Shown here: positions 16,349-26,060 of the stretch, in pieces
Position numbering within the stretch: the first letter of the stretch is position 1
Layout: every line of letters begins with the position of its first letter
DNA from: an uncultured virus (IMG/VR IMGVR_UViG_3300021387_003972)
Lineage: Duplodnaviria; Heunggongvirae; Uroviricota; Caudoviricetes
IMG/VR virus record: IMGVR_UViG_3300021387_003972
DNA length: 64,000 nucleotides
Strand: one strand, 5' to 3'
Notes under the pieces: model-generated
What the model saw: the letters and a program-made list of their open reading frames with translations, nothing else
What the model was told of the DNA's origin: nothing
The model's database searches: none
Translations under genes and position numbers: made by a program

Positions 16349-19069
16349 TTAATCAATGATCATGCTGCAGCGGAAAGTGACCTTCACATCCACGTCCTCC
16401 GCACTGAGCGCAAAAACAAATCCGCCATCAGACAGTCTCCTGTCATCAGCGGATATAACACCGTACCGGTCCTCGTCCATCCTAAGCCACTCCCACTCGA
16501 GCCGGGCAGTATTTCCGAATACAGCCTTCAGCTGCTCTCCTGTCGTGATCCTCTGGCTGCCGTAGTAGATCGTCACGGTAAGTACCGTTGCTACTCCCGT
16601 GTTCTTGAACACAGTACCTTTACTGGAATCAATGCGGAGCAGGACCGCAGCTTCCCCATCCGCGCCGACAGCGCCGGTAAGGCATGTGGGTGAAGACGTC
16701 TTTTTATTTCCGCTAGCATAGGTCGTGACGGTCTTCTGCCACATATACATCCCGTCCACCCACTCCGGAGCTTCCAGGCTCCATCCCGGATCATCGTCAG
16801 CAGGCGGGACTGTCTCTGAGTTATTGAGCACATAAAAAACAGCCACATCGGTCACCGTTCCTCTGACCTCGGTCTTGATATCCGAGATCGTTCGGGTGAA
16901 ACCTTCGGCTGTCTCCTCTACTGTATTAACCCTTGCCGTGAGCGCCTGTACGGTCGATCCGTCCGCCTTGCTCTCAAGGGATGTCTGCACATCCCCGATC
17001 TCTGTTGTGATGCCTTCGATCGTCTGCTGCTGAGTGCTGTACTGATCAGAGAGCTGTGAGATACTGCTCCCGAGGGGCGTCACTGCCTCCGTGATATCAG
17101 ACTTCCATACCTTCGACTCGATCTGGCCTTGTACCTCTTTGAACTCCGTCTGCAGGGTCTCCGTAGCCTGCGCGTTTTCACTGATCTGCGTGGTCATGGT
17201 CTGATAGTTCGCTTCGAGCGTGGTATCATCCATCACGACATGGGAGGCGTCCACAGAGAGCGTCCCGTCATCTGTGAGCTCTTTGGCGACAGACTTGATG
17301 TTGAGCTTACTGCCATCAATGGCGGCGTCCTGTGCTACCATGCTGTCCACGATCAGCCCGTCCGGTACGCCGTCAGCCGTGATGCCGTCCGGAGACCAGA
17401 TGAGCTTTCCTGAAGCGTCCCACAGGTAGTAATTAAAGTTCCCCTGTCCGTCCTTACCGATCTGGACCCTGGGCGTCCCGTTTGTGTCCTTGATAAGGAT
17501 CGTAGCTCCGTCGATGGAAAGCGCTCCGTCCTTCGATGCTACTTTCACGAAATCCGTAAAGATCGTCGCTGCCGTGACATTTCCCGCCATGAGGTCATCC
17601 ATGACCGCCTGTGCGATCGTGGCATCCTCGATCACGATGTTATCGCCGGTCAGGTGGATCGCCTGAAGCGTTCCGACTCCCGCGTTACCAGCCAGCAGGC
17701 TCTCGATATTTCCGGTCGCCGCCTGCAGGGCTGAGACATTCGCGTTCGTGGCATTAAGGTCCGTGATCGCCGCCTTCTCCGCCACCATATGCTCAATCTC
17801 GGCGTCAGCTGCCTGCAGGGCCGCCACGTTGGCGTTTGTGGCATTCAAATCGACAACATCAGCTTTCTGGGCAAGGAGCGTATCGATCTCACCGACCTGG
17901 GCATGCAACGCGCCGATATCCGCGTTCGTTGCCTGGAGCTTATCCGTCACCACGTGCTTAAAAGCGGTGAAGTTCTCCGACAGGGAAGTAAGGGCCGCTG
18001 CCGTTCCCCTGCTCATGGAAGAAGCCAAGGTCAGAAGTGTCGCTCCAAGTGTCAGCCTGGAGTTCTCCGGGTGAAGAAGGTCCAGATAGATCTTCCGGAT
18101 CACCATGTAATCATCAAGGCCATGGGGCTCCGATACCACCCGGATGCTGTCCCCCACTTTGCAGCGTTCGATCTCCACATCCAGAAGATGCAGATCGACC
18201 GCTGTGATCGTGATCGTTGTCAAAAGGATCCTCTGCCGGTTCAATACCTCGATGCCTTTCCGGAGCAGATTTTCCGGAAGCTCCACGTCATCGTACTCCA
18301 CGACCTTGACGATCCTTCCGTAGATGGCGATGGCGTCCGGATCTTCGATGTAGTCTTTTCCGTCATTGACAGAAGCAATAGTGAGGCGCTCATCCGTCTC
18401 CTCATCACGCTTACCGAGAGGAACGATTACTGTGGCAAGGCTGTCACAGTCACCTTCCCTCGTCAGATCGAGAATGTTCTCCCCGAACCGGATCACCTGA
18501 GAGTTGGTGTGACCGAAGTCCTCGATGTAGTCAATAAACCTCTGATCATTCTCATGACGAATACGGATGTATCCTCCAAGTCGCTTGATCAGACGGTCCT
18601 CGATGGTTTTCCAGGTATTCTCATAAGTACTGTAGCGGTACAGGCTGTCATTGCTGTCCGTGACAGTCACCTGTCCTACTGCAAACCGCTTTCTCTCATC
18701 CACATCAGTGTTGTGCTTAGTGATAAGATCTGTAAAGTAATCCTTCACGCTAATGTCATGGTACTCGTGATAGCGCTGAATGCTGTCGAGAAGGTAAGAA
18801 AGCTCCCCTTCACACTCAATCGTCCGGTTTCCGTAAAAGTCGAATCCATCAGAGAGGACCCTGCCAGTGTACAGCCACTCCTCATCCTGATAAACAGACA
18901 GCTCTGAATACATCTTCCGGAGTTCATCAATCTTCGGATGCGCCACAGGGATGGTGAACTTGAGTGTCCCGGTCTTGTTGACTTCCAGGTCCAGGGTCAT
19001 GTCTGTAAGGCCCAACTCCTGGATACGGGGATCATAAAAGAGCTCCCCGTCAAGATAGATCAGATACAT
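16349..19069 (-). CDS. Tail hub / Tal-like protein (prophage tail endopeptidase family) with coiled-coil extension
   Basis: Follows Dit; LEVNKTGTLKF..GRVL..IECEGELSYLLDS; QVIRFGENILDL; RVQIGKDGQGNFNY. Confidence 0.8.
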   Translation of the reverse strand: MYLIYLDGELFYDPRIQELGLTDMTLDLEVNKTGTLKFTIPVAHPKIDELRKMYSELSVYQDEEWLYTGRVLSDGFDFYGNRTIECEGELSYLLDSIQRYHEYHDISVKDYFTDLITKHNTDVDERKRFAVGQVTVTDSNDSLYRYSTYENTWKTIEDRLIKRLGGYIRIRHENDQRFIDYIEDFGHTNSQVIRFGENILDLTREGDCDSLATVIVPLGKRDEETDERLTIASVNDGKDYIEDPDAIAIYGRIVKVVEYDDVELPENLLRKGIEVLNRQRILLTTITITAVDLHLLDVEIERCKVGDSIRVVSEPHGLDDYMVIRKIYLDLLHPENSRLTLGATLLTLASSMSRGTAAALTSLSENFTAFKHVVTDKLQATNADIGALHAQVGEIDTLLAQKADVVDLNATNANVAALQAADAEIEHMVAEKAAITDLNATNANVSALQAATGNIESLLAGNAGVGTLQAIHLTGDNIVIEDATIAQAVMDDLMAGNVTAATIFTDFVKVASKDGALSIDGATILIKDTNGTPRVQIGKDGQGNFNYYLWDASGKLIWSPDGITADGVPDGLIVDSMVAQDAAIDGSKLNIKSVAKELTDDGTLSVDASHVVMDDTTLEANYQTMTTQISENAQATETLQTEFKEVQGQIESKVWKSDITEAVTPLGSSISQLSDQYSTQQQTIEGITTEIGDVQTSLESKADGSTVQALTARVNTVEETAEGFTRTISDIKTEVRGTVTDVAVFYVLNNSETVPPADDDPGWSLEAPEWVDGMYMWQKTVTTYASGNKKTSSPTCLTGAVGADGEAAVLLRIDSSKGTVFKNTGVATVLTVTIYYGSQRITTGEQLKAVFGNTARLEWEWLRMDEDRYGVISADDRRLSDGGFVFALSAEDVDVKVTFRCSMIID

Positions 19070-19728
19070 TACAGACACCCCCTCCTGAAAGTAAACGTGA
19101 TGGAAGAAGCTCCGGTAACACGAACCTCATTCTCGAACGGAGAAAGGACCAGGCCCGGAACTGTCTGCTCTCCCTGGGCAAGGTCATATGCCTTTCCACC
19201 TATGAAAAGCTGACAGGCATTCGGCGCGTTCACTGTCGGCACCACCGGCATCCGCAGGTTCTCGACCGTCCCGGTGAGGTTTGAGCCTCCACCCTGCAGA
19301 GTCACCTCATACACTTCAGACTCATACCGGTAAGGCTCCGCGTCTATAGTAACTTTCATAGTTCCAGCCGTTGCCAGACGCTTCGGATCTGTGATAGAGC
19401 ATCTCCCTATGTAGTAATGGCCGGGATCCTCGTCGAAGGTGACATGGACGACCCGGCCGTGAAACTTATTGAATATATGAAAGCAGGTCTCCACCCACTT
19501 CTCCCTGTTTGTCTGTGCGGCAAGCTCCAGCTTAATCTCCCTGTTTCCGTAAGTTACATCCCCAGTCAGGACTTCCGACAGGTCAAGCCTGCCGCTCCTT
19601 CCCGGGACCTCCAGAATCACCGTATTCGGCTCCGGCATCCCTATGCAGTCGCTGTTCGTGATAATGGCGCCCCAGTCGCGGAGGGTGTGCTCATCACCAA
19701 TCAATGCGCCTGTAAATATGCTCTTCAT
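19069..19728 (-). CDS. Distal tail (Dit) protein
   Basis: Directly after the tape measure gene; EVPGRSGRLDLSEVLTGDVTYGNR..DEDPGHYYIGR..AEPYRY. Confidence 0.8.
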   Translation of the reverse strand: MKSIFTGALIGDEHTLRDWGAIITNSDCIGMPEPNTVILEVPGRSGRLDLSEVLTGDVTYGNREIKLELAAQTNREKWVETCFHIFNKFHGRVVHVTFDEDPGHYYIGRCSITDPKRLATAGTMKVTIDAEPYRYESEVYEVTLQGGGSNLTGTVENLRMPVVPTVNAPNACQLFIGGKAYDLAQGEQTVPGLVLSPFENEVRVTGASSITFTFRRGCL

Positions 19729-22700
19729 CGATTCCCACGCCCTCCTCTCATGGAATATTTGGCAAGCCCGGCATCAATCGCCGGAAGAAGGTGCCCCACA
19801 AGGGTTCCGTCCTCCAGGTAAATCCCGCGGCTTGAATTATCAGCAATAATAGCCAGATACTTCTCGATCCAGGCCACGTTCAGCCTCTCGTCGAGCATGG
19901 CGGAGAGCTGGTCATAGAATCCCTTCAGAGGAAGGATCGCCTCTGCACCAGCTTCGCCACCTGCCATGATGGAGGATCCATTGATCCCGAACATGGTGGG
20001 CTTTGTCATGATACCGCCTTCCCTATACCAGCTTACTGAAAAGTGCGGCGTCGACGGCGGCATAAGGGAGAAATGCCCCCAGATGCTTACGTGCGGGAGC
20101 TTTAAGTGTGGCAGCGACCAGGAGAAGTTGAAGAAGGACCTCATCTTGTCGATGGCGGCTTTCACCATGTCCCTTGCCTTCTGCACCGGATTTACGATCG
20201 CGGTTTTAATCGCATTCCAGGTAGACGTCGCTTTACTCTTGATCCCATTAAACACGTTTGCTGTTGTGGACTTGATCGCATTCCATACATTACTGATCGT
20301 ACTCTTGATCGCATTAATGATGGTCGTGATCGTAGTCTTGATGCTGTTCCATACGTTGCTAGCGGTATTTTTGATACTGCTCAGTGTAGAGCTTATAAAC
20401 TCCTTAATGGCATTCCACACGTTTGTGATGGTGGTCCTGATCGCCGTGATCACAGACGAGACTGTCGCCTTGATGGTATTCCAGATGTTCGTGAAGGTCT
20501 GGCTGATCGTGGTAAGGACCGTGCTTACCGTAGCTTTGATCCCTTCCATCACGCCGGTAAAGAACAGGACCAGCGCCTCCCAGAGTCCTGTGAAGAACTC
20601 CTTAATGGCCGTCCACGCCTCATTCCAGGTGGTGCCAAACCACGACAAGATCACCTCCGCGATGCCCTTGATCGTATTAAGAGCGATCTCGAACATTCCC
20701 TTCATACCTTCCCAGATGGAAGAAAAGATCTCGCTTACGCCCTGCCATACCAGCGTCCAGTTGCCGGTAAACAGGCCACTGAAGATGTCAAAGATCCCCG
20801 TGATCACACCAAGGATCATCTGCAACTGCGTCGCGATAGCGTTAAAGGCGCCAATGAACACAAGACCAAGGAACTGGCAGAGGCCGTCCCAGACGGTCCG
20901 GATAAAGGCCGCAATGTCGGAAAAGCTAAAGCCCAACGCACTGAGGCGCTCATTTATCCCCTCCACAAATGTGGAAATGGTGGATTTGATCTTCTCCCAG
21001 GTGGAGGTGACCGCTTCCCGAAATCCCTCGTTAGTTCTCCATAAATGTAAAAAAGCAGCCACAAGGACTGCTATCACTGCTACGACTGCGAGTACCGGCG
21101 CGGATACGCCTCCGAGTGCTGCTCCTATTTTTCCGAGTACGCCGTGAGCGCTTCCCACAGCTACTTTGAGTTTTCCAAAGACTCCGGCCAGCTTTACAAA
21201 GCCCTGCATGGCCACGCCGACCTTGGAGATACAAGTCCCCAGTATCACAAGGAATGGTCCGAGGGCTGCTACGAACAGACCAATGCGAAGGATCGCATTT
21301 CGCTGCCCCTCACTCATGCCGTTCAACCTGTCAATGAATCCCTGGACTCCCGTCACGATCTTCCGGATCGCCGGCATAAGGGCGTCACCGAATGAGATCG
21401 CGAGCTCCTCGATCTGGGACTTCAAAATGGTGAGCTGGCCGTTCAGGTTGTCCTGCATGACCGCCGCCATCCTCTCGGCCGCTCCGCTGTACCCATCTAC
21501 TTCATCAGAGCATGTGGAGATCGCCGTTTCCAGCTTCTCGATGTCTCCCGGAGCCGCGTTCATGAGAGCCAGGAATCCGGACATGGCGTTCTTACCAACC
21601 AGTGTTTCCGCTGCCGCTGCCTTCTCGGATTCCGTCATCTTGGAAAAGGCTCCGCGACAGTCCGCGATGATATCGGAGAAATCCCTCATGGATCCGTCCG
21701 CGTTCGTGGTCTGGATCGTAACGTCACCTAGGGCTTTACCGGACAGCTTCAGTTCTCCCTGCAGCTGTGTCATGATGGTCCGAAGGGACGTGCCTGCCTG
21801 GCTCCCCTTAATACCGCTGTTAGCCATAAGGCCAATTGCCTCAGCTGTATCCTCAGCGGAATACCCCAGCGCTCCCGCGATCGGCGCGCAGTACTTAAAG
21901 GTCTCGCCCATCATAGACACGTTGGTATTGGCGTTGGAAGAAGCCGCTGCGAGAAGATCCGCAAAGTGACCGCTATCACCGGCTGTCAACCCGAATGCCG
22001 TCAAAGCGTCCGTGACGATATCCGATGTGGTCGCCAGGTCCTCTCCGGATGCCGCAGCAAGGTTCATGATGCCGTCGATACCGGAGAGCATGTCCTCTGT
22101 CTTCCAGCCTGCCATGGCCATGTAGTTCATGGCTTCCGCAGCCTCCGAAGCGGAGAACTTTGTCTTCGATCCCATCTCGCGGGCCTTATCCCGGAGGGCG
22201 TCAAAGTCAGATCCAGTTGCTCCGGATACAGCAGCCACCTGGCTCATGGCGGAATCGAAATCCGCCGAGGTCTTCACTGCGGCAGCGCCAAGACCTGCCA
22301 CCGCTCCAGAGACCGGCATCACTGCCCGTCCGGCACCAGCAATCGTGTCTCCTACCTTCTCGAACTTCTTTCCTGCTTCATCGATCTTAGAAAGTACGGA
22401 GCTTGTCGTTTCCGCCTCCTGCTGCAGGCGCCGCAGCTCCTCTTCCGTTTCGATGATCTCCCTCTGCAGGGCATCGTACTTATCCTGGCCGAGCGTACCA
22501 TTCTCCAGCTGCTGCTTTGCCTGCTCCTGGGCAGTCTTAAGTGCCTCCAGTTTTTCCTTTGTCGCATTGACTGCGTCCTTCAGGAGTTTCTGTTTCTGGG
22601 TGACGAGGTTGGTGTTGGTAGGGTCCAGCTTCAGGAGCTTGTTGACATCCTTCAGAGAAGACTGGGTCGTTTTGATCGTCGAATTGACGCCTTTCAGGGC

Positions 22701-22763
22701 TTTATCAAGACCTGTAGTATCACCACCAATCTCGACGGTGATCCCCTTTATCCTGTTTGCCAT
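19725..22763 (-). CDS. Tape measure protein (TP901 family)
   Basis: MANRIKGITVEIGGDTT; FDSAMSQVAAVSGA..TKFSASEAAEAMNYMAMAGW; Trp-spaced 11/22-aa repeats; GGEAGAEAILPL. Confidence 0.95.
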   Translation of the reverse strand: MANRIKGITVEIGGDTTGLDKALKGVNSTIKTTQSSLKDVNKLLKLDPTNTNLVTQKQKLLKDAVNATKEKLEALKTAQEQAKQQLENGTLGQDKYDALQREIIETEEELRRLQQEAETTSSVLSKIDEAGKKFEKVGDTIAGAGRAVMPVSGAVAGLGAAAVKTSADFDSAMSQVAAVSGATGSDFDALRDKAREMGSKTKFSASEAAEAMNYMAMAGWKTEDMLSGIDGIMNLAAASGEDLATTSDIVTDALTAFGLTAGDSGHFADLLAAASSNANTNVSMMGETFKYCAPIAGALGYSAEDTAEAIGLMANSGIKGSQAGTSLRTIMTQLQGELKLSGKALGDVTIQTTNADGSMRDFSDIIADCRGAFSKMTESEKAAAAETLVGKNAMSGFLALMNAAPGDIEKLETAISTCSDEVDGYSGAAERMAAVMQDNLNGQLTILKSQIEELAISFGDALMPAIRKIVTGVQGFIDRLNGMSEGQRNAILRIGLFVAALGPFLVILGTCISKVGVAMQGFVKLAGVFGKLKVAVGSAHGVLGKIGAALGGVSAPVLAVVAVIAVLVAAFLHLWRTNEGFREAVTSTWEKIKSTISTFVEGINERLSALGFSFSDIAAFIRTVWDGLCQFLGLVFIGAFNAIATQLQMILGVITGIFDIFSGLFTGNWTLVWQGVSEIFSSIWEGMKGMFEIALNTIKGIAEVILSWFGTTWNEAWTAIKEFFTGLWEALVLFFTGVMEGIKATVSTVLTTISQTFTNIWNTIKATVSSVITAIRTTITNVWNAIKEFISSTLSSIKNTASNVWNSIKTTITTIINAIKSTISNVWNAIKSTTANVFNGIKSKATSTWNAIKTAIVNPVQKARDMVKAAIDKMRSFFNFSWSLPHLKLPHVSIWGHFSLMPPSTPHFSVSWYREGGIMTKPTMFGINGSSIMAGGEAGAEAILPLKGFYDQLSAMLDERLNVAWIEKYLAIIADNSSRGIYLEDGTLVGHLLPAIDAGLAKYSMRGGRGNR

Positions 22764-22791
22764 ACCTCATCACCTCCTTTCTGGGCATAAT

Positions 22792-22823
22792 AAAAGCACC
22801 AGTCATTTCTGGCTGATGCTTTT
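22792..22823 (-). terminator. Terminator after the zinc-ribbon moron
   Basis: aaaagcaccagtca / tggctgatgctttt hairpin flanked by A/T runs. Confidence 0.55.
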
Positions 22824-22851
22824 ACAGTTTATACTTAATTCAAGTACTCTA

Positions 22852-23412
22852 TCAGTTATCCCACTCGTCGTATGAATGCTCCCCCTGTTTGCTCTTCCAA
22901 TTATTGAAGTCTTTCACAGCATTATACTCCTCTTCTGTCATTTTTTCCCCGTTATAATACTTCTCTTGCCCACTCTCAAGAGTTCGGCGATATTCTTCCT
23001 GATCCCTACGTCTACTTTCATTGAACCATGAACCACATGATACTAAGAGAATTACTACAATGATAATAGATACTAAGCCAAGAATGACTGAATAACTATT
23101 TGTAGAAGAATTATTTGTAGTACCTGTATTTGAGACTACACGCCTTGGTTTCTCATCTGCCTTCGTTTTTTGTTCAGCCTGCCTTTGAGCCAATATTTTT
23201 TCTCTTTTTTCCTGATGCTTTTTTATGTCATCTTCAAGCTCCTGAACTGCTGATTGCGCATGTTCCTTACTCTTTTTCGCTTTTTCAGCTAATTGCTGCT
23301 GTTCGTTTCTATGCGCATAATATTCCCTAATACCAAATCCACATTCAGGACAAGCGACTGCAGAATCTGAGACCTTTTCCCTACCGCATTCCGGACATGT
23401 CACTAACGCCAT
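22852..23412 (-). CDS. Zinc-ribbon membrane protein (moron)
   Basis: MALVTCPECGREKVSDSAVACPECG, coiled coil, one TM segment (VILGLVSIIIVVILLVSCG); AT-rich, inserted between tail chaperone and TMP. Confidence 0.8.
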   Translation of the reverse strand: MALVTCPECGREKVSDSAVACPECGFGIREYYAHRNEQQQLAEKAKKSKEHAQSAVQELEDDIKKHQEKREKILAQRQAEQKTKADEKPRRVVSNTGTTNNSSTNSYSVILGLVSIIIVVILLVSCGSWFNESRRRDQEEYRRTLESGQEKYYNGEKMTEEEYNAVKDFNNWKSKQGEHSYDEWDN

Positions 23413-23542
23413 ATAATTATACCTCCTAATAGTAAATACATAGATGTCTTTCGAAGAATAATTATAAACCGATCAGATTCAATTGAAAGTCCTTATTTTA
23501 TGCGTTCTGCTTCCTGGTCAAAAAGGCGACCATACAAGCAAC

Positions 23543-23707
23543 CTAAAACTTATCGAAATCAGCCTGCTCAGCAAGTCTCCTATACTTCACGCCGTCATTG
23601 GACTTCTCAGTCCAGATATCGAGCACGAGCCCGATAGTAACAAGGTCGAGATCCCGGATGGAGATCCCGACCTCACAGCATCGCAGAAGGAACAGTGGCG
23701 TGGTCAT
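23543..23707 (-). CDS. Tail assembly chaperone, frameshift extension (GT-like)
   Basis: MTTPLFLLRCCEVGISIRDLDLVTIGLVLDIWTEKSNDGVKYRRLAEQADFDKF*; lies in the -1 frame of the upstream chaperone; absent from the ORF track. Confidence 0.8.
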   Translation of the reverse strand: MTTPLFLLRCCEVGISIRDLDLVTIGLVLDIWTEKSNDGVKYRRLAEQADFDKF

Positions 23708-24078
23708 TTCCCGCTCACTTCTGCCAGTCCTTTTTTTGCCTGCACATCCGTCATCAAATTATCGCCCCACAGCTCCAGGATCTGCGGCAGCACCTGGTAG
23801 ATCGAGAACATCTCGAACTGATCAAGCCACTCGTCGATGGTCTTTGGGATGGACGGATCCGCATGATAGGCCATGATATAGGCCACGTTCTCAAAGATCT
23901 CCAGGTCATCGATCTGCAGTTCCTCTTCGCCTTTCTTCCTCTTACTGTAGGACTTCTCGAGCTTCGAGAGGTCCTTGAAAATGTCCCTCTTGAACTTTGC
24001 CCGGTAAAGCCTCGGCACTGTCGCCGAGGAGCGGAACACTACATCCTTGCCGGAAATATTGATCGTGCGCTCTATCAT
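23704..24078 (-). CDS. Tail assembly chaperone (G-like)
   Basis: Between the major tail gene and TMP; VFRSSATVPRLYRAKFKRDIFKDL..FENVAYIMA..WLDQFEMFSIYQVLPQILELWG; A7 slippery run at 23731-23737. Confidence 0.85.
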   Translation of the reverse strand: MIERTINISGKDVVFRSSATVPRLYRAKFKRDIFKDLSKLEKSYSKRKKGEEELQIDDLEIFENVAYIMAYHADPSIPKTIDEWLDQFEMFSIYQVLPQILELWGDNLMTDVQAKKGLAEVSGK

Positions 24079-24677
24079 CCTTCACCTCCGCCGCTTACGG
24101 CTTCCTCTTCAATGTCCGGTACATAGACAGATTTGTACCAGTTCGCGTATGTCGCTGCATCCGTAGACTCACCGGTCTTGGACTTGACCAGTCCATCTGC
24201 TCTCGGATCGGCCGCGATCGTCAGTTTCTCTGTACCAGGCTCGATGGTGTCTTCCTTTGTCTCCGACTCGATAGACGGACGGGAAGACGTGCAGTTGTAC
24301 ATGACGTGACGGATGCAGTTCACATCGCCGTCAAATTCAAAGAGCAGGGCAAACTTCACACTCTCCTTGGTCGTGATCTTCTCGACCAGTACACCCTTCT
24401 TGTCCAGCACCTCCTGCAGAATTTCCGTCCTGAACCAGTCAGGGATCAGTGCCATCTCCAGGTCGCCGGAATAGCCGTTGTTGGTCACAGAGCGGAAATA
24501 CACAATGCCGTCAGCATAGAACGGTGTGGATTCACCTTCCGCGTCCAGCGAGAGGCTGACCGCACCAGGGATGGCCTTGGGCGTCGCGTAGTTGTAAGAA
24601 CGCACGCCGTCCACTTCCGTCTCCGTGAGCTTTGCGACATGAACGTTCTTCAGATTATATTTGACCTTGTTTCCCAT
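24075..24677 (-). CDS. Major tail protein (phi13 family)
   Basis: KVKYNLKNVH..IPGAVSLSLDAEGE..FYADGIVY..NNGYSGDLEMALIP..FALLFEFDGD. Confidence 0.92.
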   Translation of the reverse strand: MGNKVKYNLKNVHVAKLTETEVDGVRSYNYATPKAIPGAVSLSLDAEGESTPFYADGIVYFRSVTNNGYSGDLEMALIPDWFRTEILQEVLDKKGVLVEKITTKESVKFALLFEFDGDVNCIRHVMYNCTSSRPSIESETKEDTIEPGTEKLTIAADPRADGLVKSKTGESTDAATYANWYKSVYVPDIEEEAVSGGGEG

Positions 24678-24680
24678 GTC

Positions 24681-24998
24681 TTAACCCTCCATTTGGAATG
24701 AATACAGGACCTCATATAGCTTTTCGGTGTCGATCCACACCTCTGTCTTGTCATAAAAAATACCGTGCTCATCCAGCACGGCTTCGACACGATTCTCCAC
24801 CTCCGGGTCCTTGGCGTCGGTGTAGAGCTCGATATGAACATCATTGATCTTATAGTAGACCTTCCCGTCTGCTGAGAAGTTATCGCTTCCCGGCAACAGG
24901 TAGGTAATAAAGGGAGGATCGGCGGCTTCCCCTTCCGCGAAATGATCGTAGGCAGAAGGAATGTCGATCTCCCCCATAATGGCGAGTAGTTCATCCAT
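24681..24998 (-). CDS. Tail terminator / head-tail protein
   Basis: AYDHFAEGE..PPFITYL..NFSADGKVY..IELYTD; position. Confidence 0.8.
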   Translation of the reverse strand: MDELLAIMGEIDIPSAYDHFAEGEAADPPFITYLLPGSDNFSADGKVYYKINDVHIELYTDAKDPEVENRVEAVLDEHGIFYDKTEVWIDTEKLYEVLYSFQMEG

Positions 24999-25377
24999 TT
25001 GAAAGCCCCCTTATGATATCTCTTTCCAGCTGTTCGATGCCCTTTTCTTCTGCTGGTGCTATGTGCACCTGAGCTCTGGTCCTGCCACCATTTCTTTTGG
25101 CGTGTCCATGCTCCAGAAGATGGGCAAGCTGATATCTGTTTCTTGAATACACAGTTACCTTAAGTGCATGAGAGTTCATCTTGGTGTTCTTGACCGACCA
25201 GCTCTTTGCATACTTTCCGCTCTTTACGGGTGCCCCTTCTTTGATGGCATTTCTCACAGTCTTGCCGGCATCCGTCACTGCCTTCCGCATAGTCTCATCT
25301 GCCATGTTCGAATATTCCTCGAGCATATCACTGATTGTAACCGCAAGCTGATCGACGCTGATCCTCGTCCCAGACAT
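24991..25377 (-). CDS. HK97 gp10-like tail completion protein
   Basis: APVKSGKYAKSW..YQLAHLLEHGHAKRNGGR..HIAPAE. Confidence 0.88.
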   Translation of the reverse strand: MSGTRISVDQLAVTISDMLEEYSNMADETMRKAVTDAGKTVRNAIKEGAPVKSGKYAKSWSVKNTKMNSHALKVTVYSRNRYQLAHLLEHGHAKRNGGRTRAQVHIAPAEEKGIEQLERDIIRGLSNG

Positions 25378-25378
25378 A

Positions 25379-25711
25379 TCATCTTCTCACTTTCCGGCAG
25401 CGTAACTTGATCCCTCGCCTCTTGAAATTCAAATGATCAACTGCAAGGATGTCGTAAATCTCATCACGAAAGAGGATCCTGTGCGTAGTAGATCTGACTG
25501 CAGAAGTCTCTGTGCAGTACCTGACTGTAACGTTCATATCTGTTGCCTCTACTGTCTCTCCCACGACGGCCTGTTCCTTGCCATTCTCGCCGCTGATTGT
25601 TGCATAACAGGAGAAGAAATCCTCCCAGGTGTTCTTGTGGTTTCCGTACTTATCTGTGATGACAGCATTTACCTGTATCATCACCCTCTCATTCAATGCT
25701 GCGATATCCAT
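25379..25711 (-). CDS. Head closure protein (SPP1 gp16-like)
   Basis: LNERVMIQ..DKYGNHKNTW..TVRYC..RILFRDEIYDI. Confidence 0.85.
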   Translation of the reverse strand: MDIAALNERVMIQVNAVITDKYGNHKNTWEDFFSCYATISGENGKEQAVVGETVEATDMNVTVRYCTETSAVRSTTHRILFRDEIYDILAVDHLNFKRRGIKLRCRKVRR

Positions 25712-25998
25712 CAGAAGTACTCTCCTTCCCGTATGCCGAATAGAAGTGCTCGGAGCGTGAGTAGCATCTGATTGTGATCAGCTTCCTCGCGATGCTCGTA
25801 CTGGTAGGCAACCGCATACATGACAGCGATCTTTGCGTTCTCTTTCTGCTCAAAGGACTTAGCATCCTCTATTCGTGCCACATCCATACAAGTCCGCTGC
25901 GAGGAAGAGATGAGGCCCTCTATCAATGCATCATCATCCGAATGATCTACCCGCAGATAATTCTTCATTTCTTCCAGTGTTACGATCATCTCTTTCAC
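25711..25998 (-). CDS. Head-tail connector (HK97 gp6-like)
   Basis: VTLEEMKNYLRVDHSDDDALI..YQYEHRE..LRALLFG. Confidence 0.9.
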   Translation of the reverse strand: MKEMIVTLEEMKNYLRVDHSDDDALIEGLISSSQRTCMDVARIEDAKSFEQKENAKIAVMYAVAYQYEHREEADHNQMLLTLRALLFGIREGEYF

Positions 25999-26060
25999 CC
26001 ATAAAAACAGGTGCGATGCCCATCACGGGCGCCGCACCATATCAGTTACATTATGCCAAA

